From Acidimicrobiales bacterium (GTDB lineage: Bacteria > Actinomycetota > Acidimicrobiia > Acidimicrobiales > VFJN01), in the NCBI GenBank assembly GCA_050744325.1, contig JBOGHK010000015.1, positions 11,998 through 75,997 of the forward strand: 64,000 nucleotides of DNA, written 5' to 3'. The position numbers were made by a program, and so were the translations under genes. Numbering within the stretch: the stretch's first letter is position 1; each line of letters starts with the position of its first letter. This document shows positions 47,626-57,116 of the stretch, piece by piece. The notes below the pieces were generated by a model. It searched no databases, was not told where the DNA came from, and saw nothing but the letters and a program-made list of their open reading frames with translations.

Positions 47626-48200
47626 CAGTTCATCGAGGGATGCGCAGGGAAGTTGGCCAGCATCGCGAGCTTGCCGCCCTGGCGCCGCAGGACCGAGCGC
47701 CACATGGTCTCGGGGTCGGAGGCGAACACGTCGTCGATCACGGCCTCCACCACCATCCACGCGTCCTGGGCCAGTTCGGCTTCGAGCTGGCCCGGCCCCC
47801 AGCCGGAGTAGCCGGCGAAGAACCGGATGCCGGCCAGCACGTCGGCGACCGTGTCCGGCTCCTGGTGGAGGTCGACGGTGCCCAGGTCGCCGATGACCTG
47901 TGACCAGCCGAAGTCCGGCCCGTCGTGCCGGGCGCGGCGGCCCAGCGCGATGACGCCGTTCTGTTCGACCGGGCCGCCGACATAGAGCACCGGGGGATCG
48001 GCGGCCAGGCCGGCCCACTCGTCGAGCACGGTGCCTACCTCGAGGTCGGTCGGCCGGTTCAGGACGACCCCGAGGGCACCCTCGTCGGTGTGCTCGATCA
48101 GCAGCACGACCGATCGCTCGAAGTTCGGGTCACCGAGCATGGGCTCGGCGATCAACAGCTTGCCCACCAGATACGGAGCGGCATCGTCGCCACGACTCAC
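47625..48200 (-). CDS. YqgE/AlgH-family protein (UPF0301)
   Basis: LLIAEPMLGDPNFERSVVLLIEHTDEGALGVVLNRP. Start proposed at GTG 48200/48206. Confidence 0.7.
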   Translation of the reverse strand: MSRGDDAAPYLVGKLLIAEPMLGDPNFERSVVLLIEHTDEGALGVVLNRPTDLEVGTVLDEWAGLAADPPVLYVGGPVEQNGVIALGRRARHDGPDFGWSQVIGDLGTVDLHQEPDTVADVLAGIRFFAGYSGWGPGQLEAELAQDAWMVVEAVIDDVFASDPETMWRSVLRRQGGKLAMLANFPAHPSMN

Positions 48201-48244
48201 CCCCACAGGATGCCGCGTCGGACGCCCACGGCGCGCGCTGCCGG

Positions 48245-48631
48245 TCAGGCGACGGTCTCGACCGAGACCACGTCGGCTCGGAGCCGGTCGATGGTCAGGT
48301 CCTCCAGGCAGCCCACCAGCTTGACCTCGTTGTACCGGCCCAGGCTGGGCTCGACCGTGAACCGGTAGCGGCCCGGTTCGATCTCGACGACGGCCGGGTC
48401 GCCGACCAGTCGGTTGTAGACGCTCCCCGCGCAGGCCATCACCAGCGCCTGGGCGCCCTGGTCGAGCGGCGGCTTGTAGCGCTGTTCCTCCACCTCGAGA
48501 ACCACCTCGCTCCGCGAGCCCGGCTCGACGCGGTCGCCACGGCTCTGGAACAGGTCGCCCATCTCGTCGACCGCCAAGGCGCCAGCCACGACCAGGCCGA
48601 CCAGGGCGAGCTGCCGACCGCCCCGCATCAT
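48245..48631 (-). CDS. Small hypothetical protein with N-terminal hydrophobic segment
   Basis: MMRGGRQLALVGLVVAGALAV... Start overlaps the upstream stop (ATGATGA). Confidence 0.45.
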   Translation of the reverse strand: MMRGGRQLALVGLVVAGALAVDEMGDLFQSRGDRVEPGSRSEVVLEVEEQRYKPPLDQGAQALVMACAGSVYNRLVGDPAVVEIEPGRYRFTVEPSLGRYNEVKLVGCLEDLTIDRLRADVVSVETVA

Positions 48632-49206
48632 TCCGGCCCCGGCCCCGGCCCGGAGGGCGCGAACGGGTCGCTCGACTCGTCTCCCAGCAGCCCGCCCGGC
48701 GGGAGCGCGAGCGCATCCAGCCGGTGGACCAGGCTGCGTTCGAGGCTCGGCCCCGCCGTGAGCCGCCCGATGCGTTCGACGGCCCACGCGGCTCCCGACA
48801 GGAGGACCCCGGCGCCGAGCAGGACCGGTACGAACACCGAGGTTCGCTGGCTCGTGTCGTCGAGCCATGAGAACGGCTTCCGCGGCGTCGGCGCCGCCTC
48901 GTGCACCCGGACCAACAGGAGGGAGTCGTCCCCGGACCGCGCCGCTGCTGGCCGGCGGGCGTGGGCCTGGGCTCGGGCTCGCCGCTCGTCATCGAAGGCA
49001 TCGAGCCGGTGATGGAGGCGGGACAGCCGGTCGAGCAACAGGACCCCGAGCAGTCCGACCTCGGCGGCCACGAAGATCACGCCGGCGACGATCGCTCGAT
49101 TCCACTCCCATCGACCGAGGTAGGCCACGACGTACCAGCCGGACGCGGCCATCGTCACCGCTGCCGTGCCGACGGCTACCCGCTGCGCGCTCATGCCGCC
49201 CGCCAT
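48628..49206 (-). CDS. Hypothetical membrane protein (2-3 TM helices)
   Basis: MAGGMSAQRVAVGTAAVTMAASGWYVVAYLGRWEWNRAIVAGVIFVAAEVGLLGVLLL. Start at ATG 49206 or 49194, overlapping the stop of the PEP-utilizing enzyme gene. Confidence 0.5.
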   Translation of the reverse strand: MAGGMSAQRVAVGTAAVTMAASGWYVVAYLGRWEWNRAIVAGVIFVAAEVGLLGVLLLDRLSRLHHRLDAFDDERRARAQAHARRPAAARSGDDSLLLVRVHEAAPTPRKPFSWLDDTSQRTSVFVPVLLGAGVLLSGAAWAVERIGRLTAGPSLERSLVHRLDALALPPGGLLGDESSDPFAPSGPGPGPE

Positions 49207-51332
49207 TCTTCGGACTCGACGGCGCTGACCTCGCCGGACGAGCCGTCGACGACCACCCACCCGCCTTCGGCGAACCGTTCTCGGGCCCCGGGCATGTCGA
49301 CCACCGTCGGCACGCCGTACTCCCGGGCCAGGATGGCCAGGTGGGACAGCGTGCTCCCGGTCTCGGCGACCAGACCGGACAGCCCGGGCAGGTGCGAGGC
49401 AAGGCTCGGGTCGAGGGTCGCGACGACCAGGACGGCACCCTGCGGTGGCGGGCCCTCGCCCGTGTAGACGTGGACCCGCCCCATACCCCGACCTCCACCG
49501 GCGCCGCGGCCGTTGCCACCGTCGTCGCCGGTCGTCACCGGGACGATCACCTCGCCGGCCTGGCGGAAGGCCCGGGGCAACGGCCCGATCGGCCCCGAGG
49601 CCGCCAGACTGTCCGGCCGGACGGCGGGCTCGGGGCCCATCGCCGGCGTGTCCGGGACCACCATTTCGCGGAGCCTGCCGGCGAGCGCCTGGTGGACCTC
49701 GTCCAGCCGGAGGTGGCGGATCGCCGCCGCGTCTTCCAGCACCCCGCGCCGCACCAGCTCGTGGCCGACGGCCATTACCAGGCGAGCGGTCAGCTCGTGG
49801 ATCCACCGGATCCGCAGCCGGAGCGCCTCGCGTCGCGTCGCTGCGCTGTCGGCGAGGGTGGCGCCGGCGTCGGGAGCCGACCGTCCCCCGGTCGGGAGCG
49901 GCGGTGCCGGCGGCAGAGTGACCGGCGTGCCGACCACCGGGGGCACCAGACTGAGCAGCACCGGGTGATGGGCGACCAGGGTCTCGTCGCTGGACTCGGG
50001 GTCGCCGGCCCGGAGCTCGGCCAGCAGCGCGAGCGCCCGCGACGCGGCTGTCGGCGCCGTCGTGTCGGCCGCCAGCAGTTGGCCGGTCAGCACCTCGTAG
50101 CCGTGAAGGCTGCGCAGCACACCGGCCGACCGTTCGAGCACGCGCAGCTGTTCGAGCGGAGGCAGCGTGCCCAGCGGAGGCACGGCCCGAAGCTGCGCGT
50201 CGACCTCGTCGAGCAGATCGCCGGCGAGCGCCGGGAGAGCGGCGCGCAGCCGCCCCACCCGCCAGGCCGCTACCAGGCGTCGCGCAGGCGGACGCGGGTC
50301 GAGCAAGGCCAGCCGTGGGCGCGGCAGCGGCGACAGGCCGAGTAGCTCGAGGTCGACGGCGGGCCGTCCACCCACGGTGACCACCAGGGGCGATGCGCGC
50401 AGCTTGCGTGCGGAGACCGCGCCAATCAGCCCCAGGGCCGTCCGGAGGCCGTCACGCAGGGGCGGGATCCACAGGTCCTCCTCGAGCGCCGACAGCGCGC
50501 CGGGAAAGGTCTCGGCCACCGGTCCCGGGCCGAGGACCGGACCGGACGCCTCGGCCTCGTGGCCGACGGCGGTGATCGGCCGGGACTGGAGCAGTACCAG
50601 GCGGCCATCGTGCTCGATCGCCCACTCGATGTCCTGGGGGCCACCGAACACCGCGGCGGCCGACCGGGCCAGCTTGGCGAGTGCACGGCGCACCGACCGG
50701 ACGAGCAGCCGGCCGGGCACCGCCCCGGAGGTGTCGAGCACCCGGCCCCGGATCGACAGCGAGAACTGGCTGCCGCTGACGATGCCGCTCACCAGCCGGT
50801 GGGGGCCACCGGGCACGGCCGCGACGACCAGGCGGTCGTGCCTGCCAGTGACCGGGTCGGCCCCGAACAGGACGCCGCCCCATGCCGGCTGGATGAAGGG
50901 TTGCACGAGCACCGCGACCGGTGCGCCGTCGGCCGAGTCGACGACGTCGCCGACGGCGACGAGCACGTCGTCCCAGGTGGAGACGTCCAACACCGACAGG
51001 AACTGACCGGCCATCGACGAGGTCTCGGTGTCCTCGTGAGGCGACGACGATCGCACGACGACCGGAGACCGGCCGCCGACGCTCAGGCGTGCCCACGCCA
51101 CCCGTAGCTCGTGGACCGCTGCCGCAGGCACCGAGTCCTGCTGCCAATGCCAGGTCGCGCGGGTCGAGATCACGAACCCGTCGAGGACCGGTATCCCGGC
51201 TCGCCGAGCCCTTGCGAGCGCGGCGGCCTTTGCGCCGACGAGGCTCGGATCACTGCTGGCGGGGTCGTCCAGTCCGAGAACGTCGCGCGAGGGCGCGCCT
51301 TCATCCGACAACTTCAGTGAACCCATGGTCAC
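49191..51332 (-). CDS. PEP-utilizing enzyme family protein (PEP synthase / rifampicin-phosphotransferase-like) with N-terminal ATP-grasp PEP/pyruvate-binding domain and C-terminal phosphohistidine swivel domain
   Basis: PPDK_N-like N-terminus (VGAKAAALARARRAGIPVLDGFVIS, SSPHEDTETSSMAGQF). C-terminal mobile-domain His motif GSTLSHLAILAREYGVPTVV. Confidence 0.75.
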   Translation of the reverse strand: MTMGSLKLSDEGAPSRDVLGLDDPASSDPSLVGAKAAALARARRAGIPVLDGFVISTRATWHWQQDSVPAAAVHELRVAWARLSVGGRSPVVVRSSSPHEDTETSSMAGQFLSVLDVSTWDDVLVAVGDVVDSADGAPVAVLVQPFIQPAWGGVLFGADPVTGRHDRLVVAAVPGGPHRLVSGIVSGSQFSLSIRGRVLDTSGAVPGRLLVRSVRRALAKLARSAAAVFGGPQDIEWAIEHDGRLVLLQSRPITAVGHEAEASGPVLGPGPVAETFPGALSALEEDLWIPPLRDGLRTALGLIGAVSARKLRASPLVVTVGGRPAVDLELLGLSPLPRPRLALLDPRPPARRLVAAWRVGRLRAALPALAGDLLDEVDAQLRAVPPLGTLPPLEQLRVLERSAGVLRSLHGYEVLTGQLLAADTTAPTAASRALALLAELRAGDPESSDETLVAHHPVLLSLVPPVVGTPVTLPPAPPLPTGGRSAPDAGATLADSAATRREALRLRIRWIHELTARLVMAVGHELVRRGVLEDAAAIRHLRLDEVHQALAGRLREMVVPDTPAMGPEPAVRPDSLAASGPIGPLPRAFRQAGEVIVPVTTGDDGGNGRGAGGGRGMGRVHVYTGEGPPPQGAVLVVATLDPSLASHLPGLSGLVAETGSTLSHLAILAREYGVPTVVDMPGARERFAEGGWVVVDGSSGEVSAVESEEWRAA

Positions 51333-51473
51333 CTCCGCTACGCGCCATGAATTCGTTGGTTTTCAGGGGGTAGCCCCCTCAACCGCAGAGCACGTCGATC
51401 TGTTCCCAGATGGTCGCTCGATGTTCTCGTGCGGCGTGCAATAGGTCACACCTCCGCCTAAGGTTGCTACGCC

Positions 51474-52184
51474 GTGCATGTCCACTCCGATCCGCCGATC
51501 ACGCCGGCCTCGTTCCTTCTGGCCCGGCGCCCTCTCCTGATCGCCTTGGCCGTGTTGCTGGGGGCACTCGCAGTCGCCGCAGCCGTTGCGAACGGCCAAC
51601 TGCTGCTGACCTGGGACGAACCCATCCAGCGCGGGGTCGAGGCGAACCGCACGTCCGACATGGACACGTTCTTCACCTGGATCAGCCGCTTCGGCAGCAC
51701 GATCCCGGTGCTCGTGTTGGGCACGCTGGCGGCGATCCTCACCTGGCGACGCTGTCCTGCTGTGGGTGTGGCGATCGCCGCGGCCACCGTGAGCCGGCCG
51801 CTCATCGAGTTCACCCTGAAGGCGACGGTTGACCGGTCCCGACCGGACCTCGAGCGGATGGTCCCAGGAAACGGGCCGTCGTTCCCGAGCGGGCACGTGA
51901 TGGCCGCGGTGGCGCTGTGGGGGCTGTTACCTGCCGTCGTGGCGCTCTACACCCAGCGTCGGGCCTTGTGGTGGGCGTCGGTGGGTGTGGCCGGAAGCCT
52001 GATCGTCGGGATCGCCGCAAGCCGTGTGTACCTTGGCGTGCACTGGTTCACCGACGTGACCGCTGGCCTGGTGGTCGGCGCCTTCTTCCTGCTGGGTGTG
52101 GAGATCGTGTTTCACCGGGCGCACACGCGCATCCCGTGTCGTCTGGCCGTCGCACCGGCCTTGGTTCGCCGGCGTCGGCGTTAG
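51474..52184 (+). CDS. PAP2-family (phosphatidic acid phosphatase type 2) membrane phosphatase
   Basis: PAP2 motifs KATVDRSRP, PSGH, SRVYLGVHWFTDV. Confidence 0.8.
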   Translation: MHVHSDPPITPASFLLARRPLLIALAVLLGALAVAAAVANGQLLLTWDEPIQRGVEANRTSDMDTFFTWISRFGSTIPVLVLGTLAAILTWRRCPAVGVAIAAATVSRPLIEFTLKATVDRSRPDLERMVPGNGPSFPSGHVMAAVALWGLLPAVVALYTQRRALWWASVGVAGSLIVGIAASRVYLGVHWFTDVTAGLVVGAFFLLGVEIVFHRAHTRIPCRLAVAPALVRRRRR

Positions 52185-52194
52185 CCGGGACCCG

Positions 52195-52662
52195 CTAGCG
52201 CGGCACGTCCGTCGACGAGACCAGCGCGTCGCGGATCCGCTCGGCCATCGCCGCGGCTGTGGCCTCGTCCGGATAGCGGGTGCGCGGCCAGAAGAAGCCC
52301 CGTAACCCGTCCTTGCGGTTCCGCGGCACGACGTGGACGTGGAGGTGTGGCACGCTCTGGCTGACCCGGTTGTTCTCGGCCACGAACGAGCCAGCGGCAC
52401 CTAGCCCGGCCTCCATCACCCGCGCCAGCCGCTGGACCCGCTCGAAGTAGGGGCCGATGGCCTCGACCGGGAGGTCGGCGAGGGTCTCGTGATGGTTCCG
52501 CGGGATCACCAGGGTGTGGCCAGGGAACAGCGGGCGGCTGTCGAGGAAGGCCAGCACCACGTCGTCGTCGAGCACTACGTGGGCGGGCGTCCGCCCACTG
52601 ACGATGGCGCAGAAGGCGCAGGTGGCCGACGAGGGCGGTGACGGGGACACCGGTCCGGGCAT
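52195..52662 (-). CDS. HIT-family (histidine triad) nucleotide hydrolase
   Basis: CAFCAIVSG and the histidine triad HLHVHVVPR. Start at M72 of the listed ORF. Confidence 0.8.
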   Translation of the reverse strand: MPGPVSPSPPSSATCAFCAIVSGRTPAHVVLDDDVVLAFLDSRPLFPGHTLVIPRNHHETLADLPVEAIGPYFERVQRLARVMEAGLGAAGSFVAENNRVSQSVPHLHVHVVPRNRKDGLRGFFWPRTRYPDEATAAAMAERIRDALVSSTDVPR

Positions 52663-52836
52663 GGCCGCGCAGCGTAGAGGTTCGCGAACTTCTCGCTCGT
52701 TCGACAGACATCTGCTGCGCTCAGCGTGCATGATGACGGCTGCGGTCGCACTGAGTGGCGGGAACAACGTCGACCGTGACCAAGCACCGCGGGCAGCAAC
52801 GGCGGACGAACGAAAGCGAAAGCTGTGGCGGACAGC

Positions 52837-53661
52837 ATGGAGAGACCCGGGACCCACGAGGTCCCGCAACTGCACGCGGCCTTGATGATCACCTGCGTGG
52901 TCGACATCGTCGCGCCCGACGTCGGCGAGGCAGCCGTCCGGCTACTGCGCGCCGCCGGCTGCCGGGTGACCTGCGATCTGACGCAGACCTGCTGCGGACA
53001 GCCGGGCTGGAACGCCGGCTTCGTGAACGAGGCCGCGGCGGTCGCCCGACCCACGCTCGACGCTCTGGAGGCCGAGCTCGAGCGGGGCGCCGACGTCGTG
53101 GTGGTCCCGGCGGGGTCGTGCGCCACGATGGTGCGGCAGTTCTGGCCCGACCTGTTCGATCGCGCGGGCGATCCGGTAGCTGCCGAGCGGGCCCGGCTGG
53201 TGGGCGGTCGCACCCGCGAGCTGTCCGAGCTGCTCGCCGAGCGCGCCGATGCCCTGCCCGAGCTTCGGCTGGCCGGAGCGACTCAGGTCGCCCTGCAGCG
53301 GAGCTGTCACCTGCGCCGCGAACTGCGGGTCACCGAGCAGCCGGCCGAGCTGCTGAGCCGGGTGGAGGGCTGCGAGCCCGTCGCCTGGGCTGGCGCCGAC
53401 TGCTGCTGCGGGTTCGGCGGCCCGTTCAGCGTCGGGCCGCCCGAGACCTCGGTCGCGCTGGCCGACGACGCGCTGGCCGACGACGCGCTGAGCGATCTGG
53501 CCACCACCGACGACGTCGACGCGGTGGTGGGCTGCGACGCGTCGTGCCTGCTCCATCTCCGCACCCGGGCCGAGGCCCTGGGGACCCCGGTCGAGGTGCG
53601 ACACCTCGCCGAGCTGTTGGCGGAGGCCCTGCCGGCAGCGGCCGGCTGGAGCACGCCATGA
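52837..53661 (+). CDS. lutA: LutA-like (Fe-S)-binding protein with two CCG cysteine-rich domains
   Basis: CDLTQTCCGQPGWNAG and AGADCCCGFGGPF CCG motifs. First gene of a lutABC-like operon. Confidence 0.75.
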   Translation: MERPGTHEVPQLHAALMITCVVDIVAPDVGEAAVRLLRAAGCRVTCDLTQTCCGQPGWNAGFVNEAAAVARPTLDALEAELERGADVVVVPAGSCATMVRQFWPDLFDRAGDPVAAERARLVGGRTRELSELLAERADALPELRLAGATQVALQRSCHLRRELRVTEQPAELLSRVEGCEPVAWAGADCCCGFGGPFSVGPPETSVALADDALADDALSDLATTDDVDAVVGCDASCLLHLRTRAEALGTPVEVRHLAELLAEALPAAAGWSTP

Positions 53662-54764
53662 GCACTGACCCGTTCGCTCCACGCCATGCGCCGGCGAGCA
53701 CGGCGCTGCGCGAGAGGGTGGTCGACGCACTGGCCGAGGGTCGGCTCCGCGCCGACGTCGCCACGGCCGCAGACCGTTTCGCGGCCCGTCGCAGCAGCGT
53801 GCTCGCCGAGCTCGACGATCCCGACGGACTTCGCCACGCCGCCCGCCACGTCCGCCAGCAGGTGTTGGCCCGCCTGCCCGAGTTGCTCGAACGCTTCGCC
53901 GACGCGGCGACCAGGCGCGGCGCGCAGATCTACTGGGCGTCGACAGCGGTGGAGGCCCGCGACTACGTCGCCCGGATCGTGCAGGCGCACGATGCCCAGC
54001 AGGTGGTCAAGTCGACGTCGGCGGTGACCGCGGAGATCGAGCTCGATGCCGCGCTCCGGGCCCGCGGCATCGACGTGGTCGAGGCCGACGAGCCCGTCGG
54101 CTTCGCCCGTGACCGCCTCCGGGAGGCGTACCTCACCGCGGACGTGGGCATCACCGGCGCCGACATGGCCGTGGCGGAGACCGGCTCGATCGTTCTGGTG
54201 ACCGACCAGGGCAACGGACGGCTGGTCACCTCGCTGCCCCGGGCCCACGTCGTCGTCCTGGGCATGGAGCGACTGGTCGCCAACTGGCACCAGGCCGACC
54301 TGCTGCTCGGCCTGCTGGCACGTTCGGCCTCCGGGCAACGGCCGTCGTCCTACACGACCGTCGTGAGCGGCCCCCGCGGCCGTGACGAGCTGAACGGCCC
54401 GGACGAGCTGCACATCGTGGTGGTCGATGACGGGGCGGGCGTCCTGGGGCATGCGTCGACGTTCTGCGCTGCGTGCCTGGATGCCTGTCCGGTCGAGATC
54501 CCGTTGCAGGCCATGGTGTCGTCGCTGCACCGCGACGCCGCCGATGCGACCAGGCGGGACGAGCGGACCGCCTGGCGCCTGTGGGCCGGGGCATGGTCCG
54601 ACGCACGGCGCTACGACGCAACCATGCGGACTGCCTCCTGGAGTCGGCTGGCCACCGGGCTGGCAGGCCGCCTGCCGGTGGCATCGTCGTGGGCCGGCGA
54701 TCGTACGCTGCCGAAGCCGGCGACCGAGCGGTTCCGCGACCGCTGGCGGAAGGGGCTGGTGTGA
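53658..54764 (+). CDS. lutB: LutB-like iron-sulfur cluster-binding protein (LUD domain)
   Basis: DVGITGADMAVAETGSIVLV and a Cys cluster TFCAACLDACPVEIPL. ATG overlaps the lutA stop. Confidence 0.7.
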   Translation: MSTDPFAPRHAPASTALRERVVDALAEGRLRADVATAADRFAARRSSVLAELDDPDGLRHAARHVRQQVLARLPELLERFADAATRRGAQIYWASTAVEARDYVARIVQAHDAQQVVKSTSAVTAEIELDAALRARGIDVVEADEPVGFARDRLREAYLTADVGITGADMAVAETGSIVLVTDQGNGRLVTSLPRAHVVVLGMERLVANWHQADLLLGLLARSASGQRPSSYTTVVSGPRGRDELNGPDELHIVVVDDGAGVLGHASTFCAACLDACPVEIPLQAMVSSLHRDAADATRRDERTAWRLWAGAWSDARRYDATMRTASWSRLATGLAGRLPVASSWAGDRTLPKPATERFRDRWRKGLV

Positions 54765-56203
54765 TGCCCCGGCGCCACGATCAACGAGGTGGGCCGGGTC
54801 GACACGACCCGCAGTTCTGGCGAGCCCCAGCGACCCGGGACCGCAGTTCGTGGCGGGTGGCCGCGGTCAGCGACCGCTCGTGGTGGGTGCCCGCGGCCGG
54901 GGCCACTGGTGCCGGTCACGCCGGCCGGCCCGATCCGACCGCATCCACGGCCGAGGGCAGCGGGCCCGGCGCAGCCAATCACCTGACCCACGCCGGTTCG
55001 GCCGACGGGACCGCTCGGGCCGATGCGCCGACGTCCTGGTACGTCCGCTCGCTTGGCCGGGGTGATCCGTCGCCGCCGGGGACGGCCACTCGGGCGGCCG
55101 GTCGCCGCCGTCCCCCGAAGCCGGCCCATCCTCTGGTGCTCGGCTACGTGCCGACCTCGATCCATGCTCATCACCCGAGCCCGCAGATCCCCGCCCGCGG
55201 TGGGCCACTCCCCCGTCGTGTGCCGCCGGCCGAGCGGGCGCTCGACCCGGTGCCGACGCTCCTACCGGCAGGTGGGTCGATGCCCGTCGACGGTGACCCG
55301 GTCGACGGGTTCCTCGCCGCGCTCCGCCGCCACCTGCGCGAGCAGCCACCGGACGATCCGCCGCTCGACATCACCGCCCAAGACGAGGTGCCGGCGACGG
55401 CCACCGGTCCGGAACCGCCAAGAGCCACCGGGCAGTCCGAACCCGGCCCCGCGCCCACCGGGCCGGAACCGCCAAGAGCCGCCGGCCAGTCCGAACCCGA
55501 CCCCGCGCCCACCGGGTCGGAGCACGGGGACCGGGGTCGGTTCCTGGCCGCGGCCCGGGCGCGGCTGGCCGGCGGGGATCCGGCGAGGCCGGTGCCTCCA
55601 CCGCCGCCGTCCCGTCCGCCAGTCACCGATGGCGATGCCGCCGGGCTCCCCGAACCGACGTACCCCAACCTCGACCCCGACGACGTCGTCGGCACCTTCG
55701 CGCGGGCCGTCGAGGAGGCCGGCGGCGTTTGCCATCGGGTCAGCGGCGGGGTGCCCGATGCGCTGCTCGACCATCTGGTGGCCGAGCTCAACGCGTGGGA
55801 CGTCGTCGTCTCGGCCGAGCCCGAGGCCGTCGCGTTGGGCGAACGCCTGGCCGGACGGGGTGTCGAAGTGGCGCCGGCGACGACCGGGGCTGCGGCCCGG
55901 GCGACCGTGGGCGTCACCTCGGCCGTGGCGGGGATCGCCGCCACCGGGTCGGTCGTGCTCGACAGCCGCCGCGCCGGGGGCCGGCTCGCCTCGCTGCTGC
56001 CGGCGGTACACCTGTGCGTGCTGCCGGTCGAGCGTCTGGTTGCGACCCCCGGTGACCTGCTGCGGTCGCTCGGCACCGACCCCGCGGCGCTGCCGTCGGC
56101 GCTGGTCATCGAGACCGGGCCCTCGCGCTCAGGCGACATCGAGCAGATACTCACGATCGGTGCGCACGGCCCGACCCGCCTACACGTCGTGCTCGTGGAC
56201 TGA
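54764..56203 (+). CDS. lutC: LutC-like LUD-domain protein with an unusual Pro-rich, repeat-containing N-terminal extension of about 290 aa
   Basis: C-terminal LUD domain ([20 protein letters not shown]...). The N-terminal half is low-complexity with 16-aa tandem repeats TGPEPPRA(T/A)GQSEP(G/D)PAP. Confidence 0.6.
   Translation: MPRRHDQRGGPGRHDPQFWRAPATRDRSSWRVAAVSDRSWWVPAAGATGAGHAGRPDPTASTAEGSGPGAANHLTHAGSADGTARADAPTSWYVRSLGRGDPSPPGTATRAAGRRRPPKPAHPLVLGYVPTSIHAHHPSPQIPARGGPLPRRVPPAERALDPVPTLLPAGGSMPVDGDPVDGFLAALRRHLREQPPDDPPLDITAQDEVPATATGPEPPRATGQSEPGPAPTGPEPPRAAGQSEPDPAPTGSEHGDRGRFLAAARARLAGGDPARPVPPPPPSRPPVTDGDAAGLPEPTYPNLDPDDVVGTFARAVEEAGGVCHRVSGGVPDALLDHLVAELNAWDVVVSAEPEAVALGERLAGRGVEVAPATTGAAARATVGVTSAVAGIAATGSVVLDSRRAGGRLASLLPAVHLCVLPVERLVATPGDLLRSLGTDPAALPSALVIETGPSRSGDIEQILTIGAHGPTRLHVVLVD
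55402..55517 (+). repeat. 48-nt in-frame tandem repeat (2 copies plus a partial) in the lutC-like N-terminal extension
   Basis: ccaccgg(t/g)ccggaaccgccaagagcc(a/g)ccgg(g/c)cagtccgaacccg(g/a)ccccgcgc is repeated. Confidence 0.75.
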
Positions 56204-56332
56204 CCCGGCCACCGACCCGAGGTGATGGTGGCCAGGGCGACGAGCGTGAGGTCATAGGCCCCACGGGCGGGTCGCATGACCTCGCCCCACGGGCGGGCCG
56301 TGGGCACCATCGCCTCGGGGTTGGGGCCGCAG

Positions 56333-56920
56333 TCAGCGCTGGTCGCGGTCCAACCACTTGGCCGTGCTCACCGGCCGCCACGCGGCCAGTTGGGCGAGGA
56401 GATCAGGGACGGTCCGCGCCACGAGCACCAGCCGCCGGTGCTCGGGCCGCACGAATCGCTGCTCGGCCGCCCGGTCGAACACCGTCAGCAGCGGGTCGAA
56501 GTAGCCGCTCGGGTCGAGTAGAGCACACGGCTTGTGGTGCACGCCGAGCTGCGTCCAGGTCAGAGCCTCGCAGAACTCGTCCAACGTGCCGTAGCCACCG
56601 GGGAGCATGACGAACCCGTCGGCGAGGTCGGCCATCATCGCCTTGCGCTCGTGCATGGTCGCCACGACGACCAGTTCGGTCAACCCGCTGTGGGCGATCT
56701 CGTGGGCCACGAGAGCCTCGGTCATCACACCGACGACGTCGCCCGCCCTGGACAGCGCCGCATCGGCGAGGGCGCCCATCATGCCGATGTGGGCTCCCCC
56801 GTAGACCAGGCCGATCCCTCGGTCGGCCAGGCCATGGCCCAGTTCAGCGGCGGTAGCGACATGGATGGGATCGACACCCGGGCTGGAGCCGCAGAACACC
56901 GTCAGGTTGCGTATCGGCAC
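56333..56920 (-). CDS. LOG-family cytokinin riboside 5'-monophosphate phosphoribohydrolase-like (TIGR00730) protein
   Basis: [16 protein letters not shown] and the PGGxGTxxE motif region. Confidence 0.85.
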   Translation of the reverse strand: MPIRNLTVFCGSSPGVDPIHVATAAELGHGLADRGIGLVYGGAHIGMMGALADAALSRAGDVVGVMTEALVAHEIAHSGLTELVVVATMHERKAMMADLADGFVMLPGGYGTLDEFCEALTWTQLGVHHKPCALLDPSGYFDPLLTVFDRAAEQRFVRPEHRRLVLVARTVPDLLAQLAAWRPVSTAKWLDRDQR

Positions 56921-57116
56921 CGGCGCATGTCAGCGCGTCCGGCACCGTCGAGCCAATCGCATTCGTGGCGAACCTGCGCCCGAGGCGATGGCGAACACCG
57001 AGCTGAGCCGGCCCACCCATCCGCGCGCCGTGCAACCCGCCGATGTTCACTGGGATGGTGCTGCATGCGGTCGTCCTGCCCGATACCGTGACGCCGCCCG
57101 ACCCCTGGGGAGCTCA

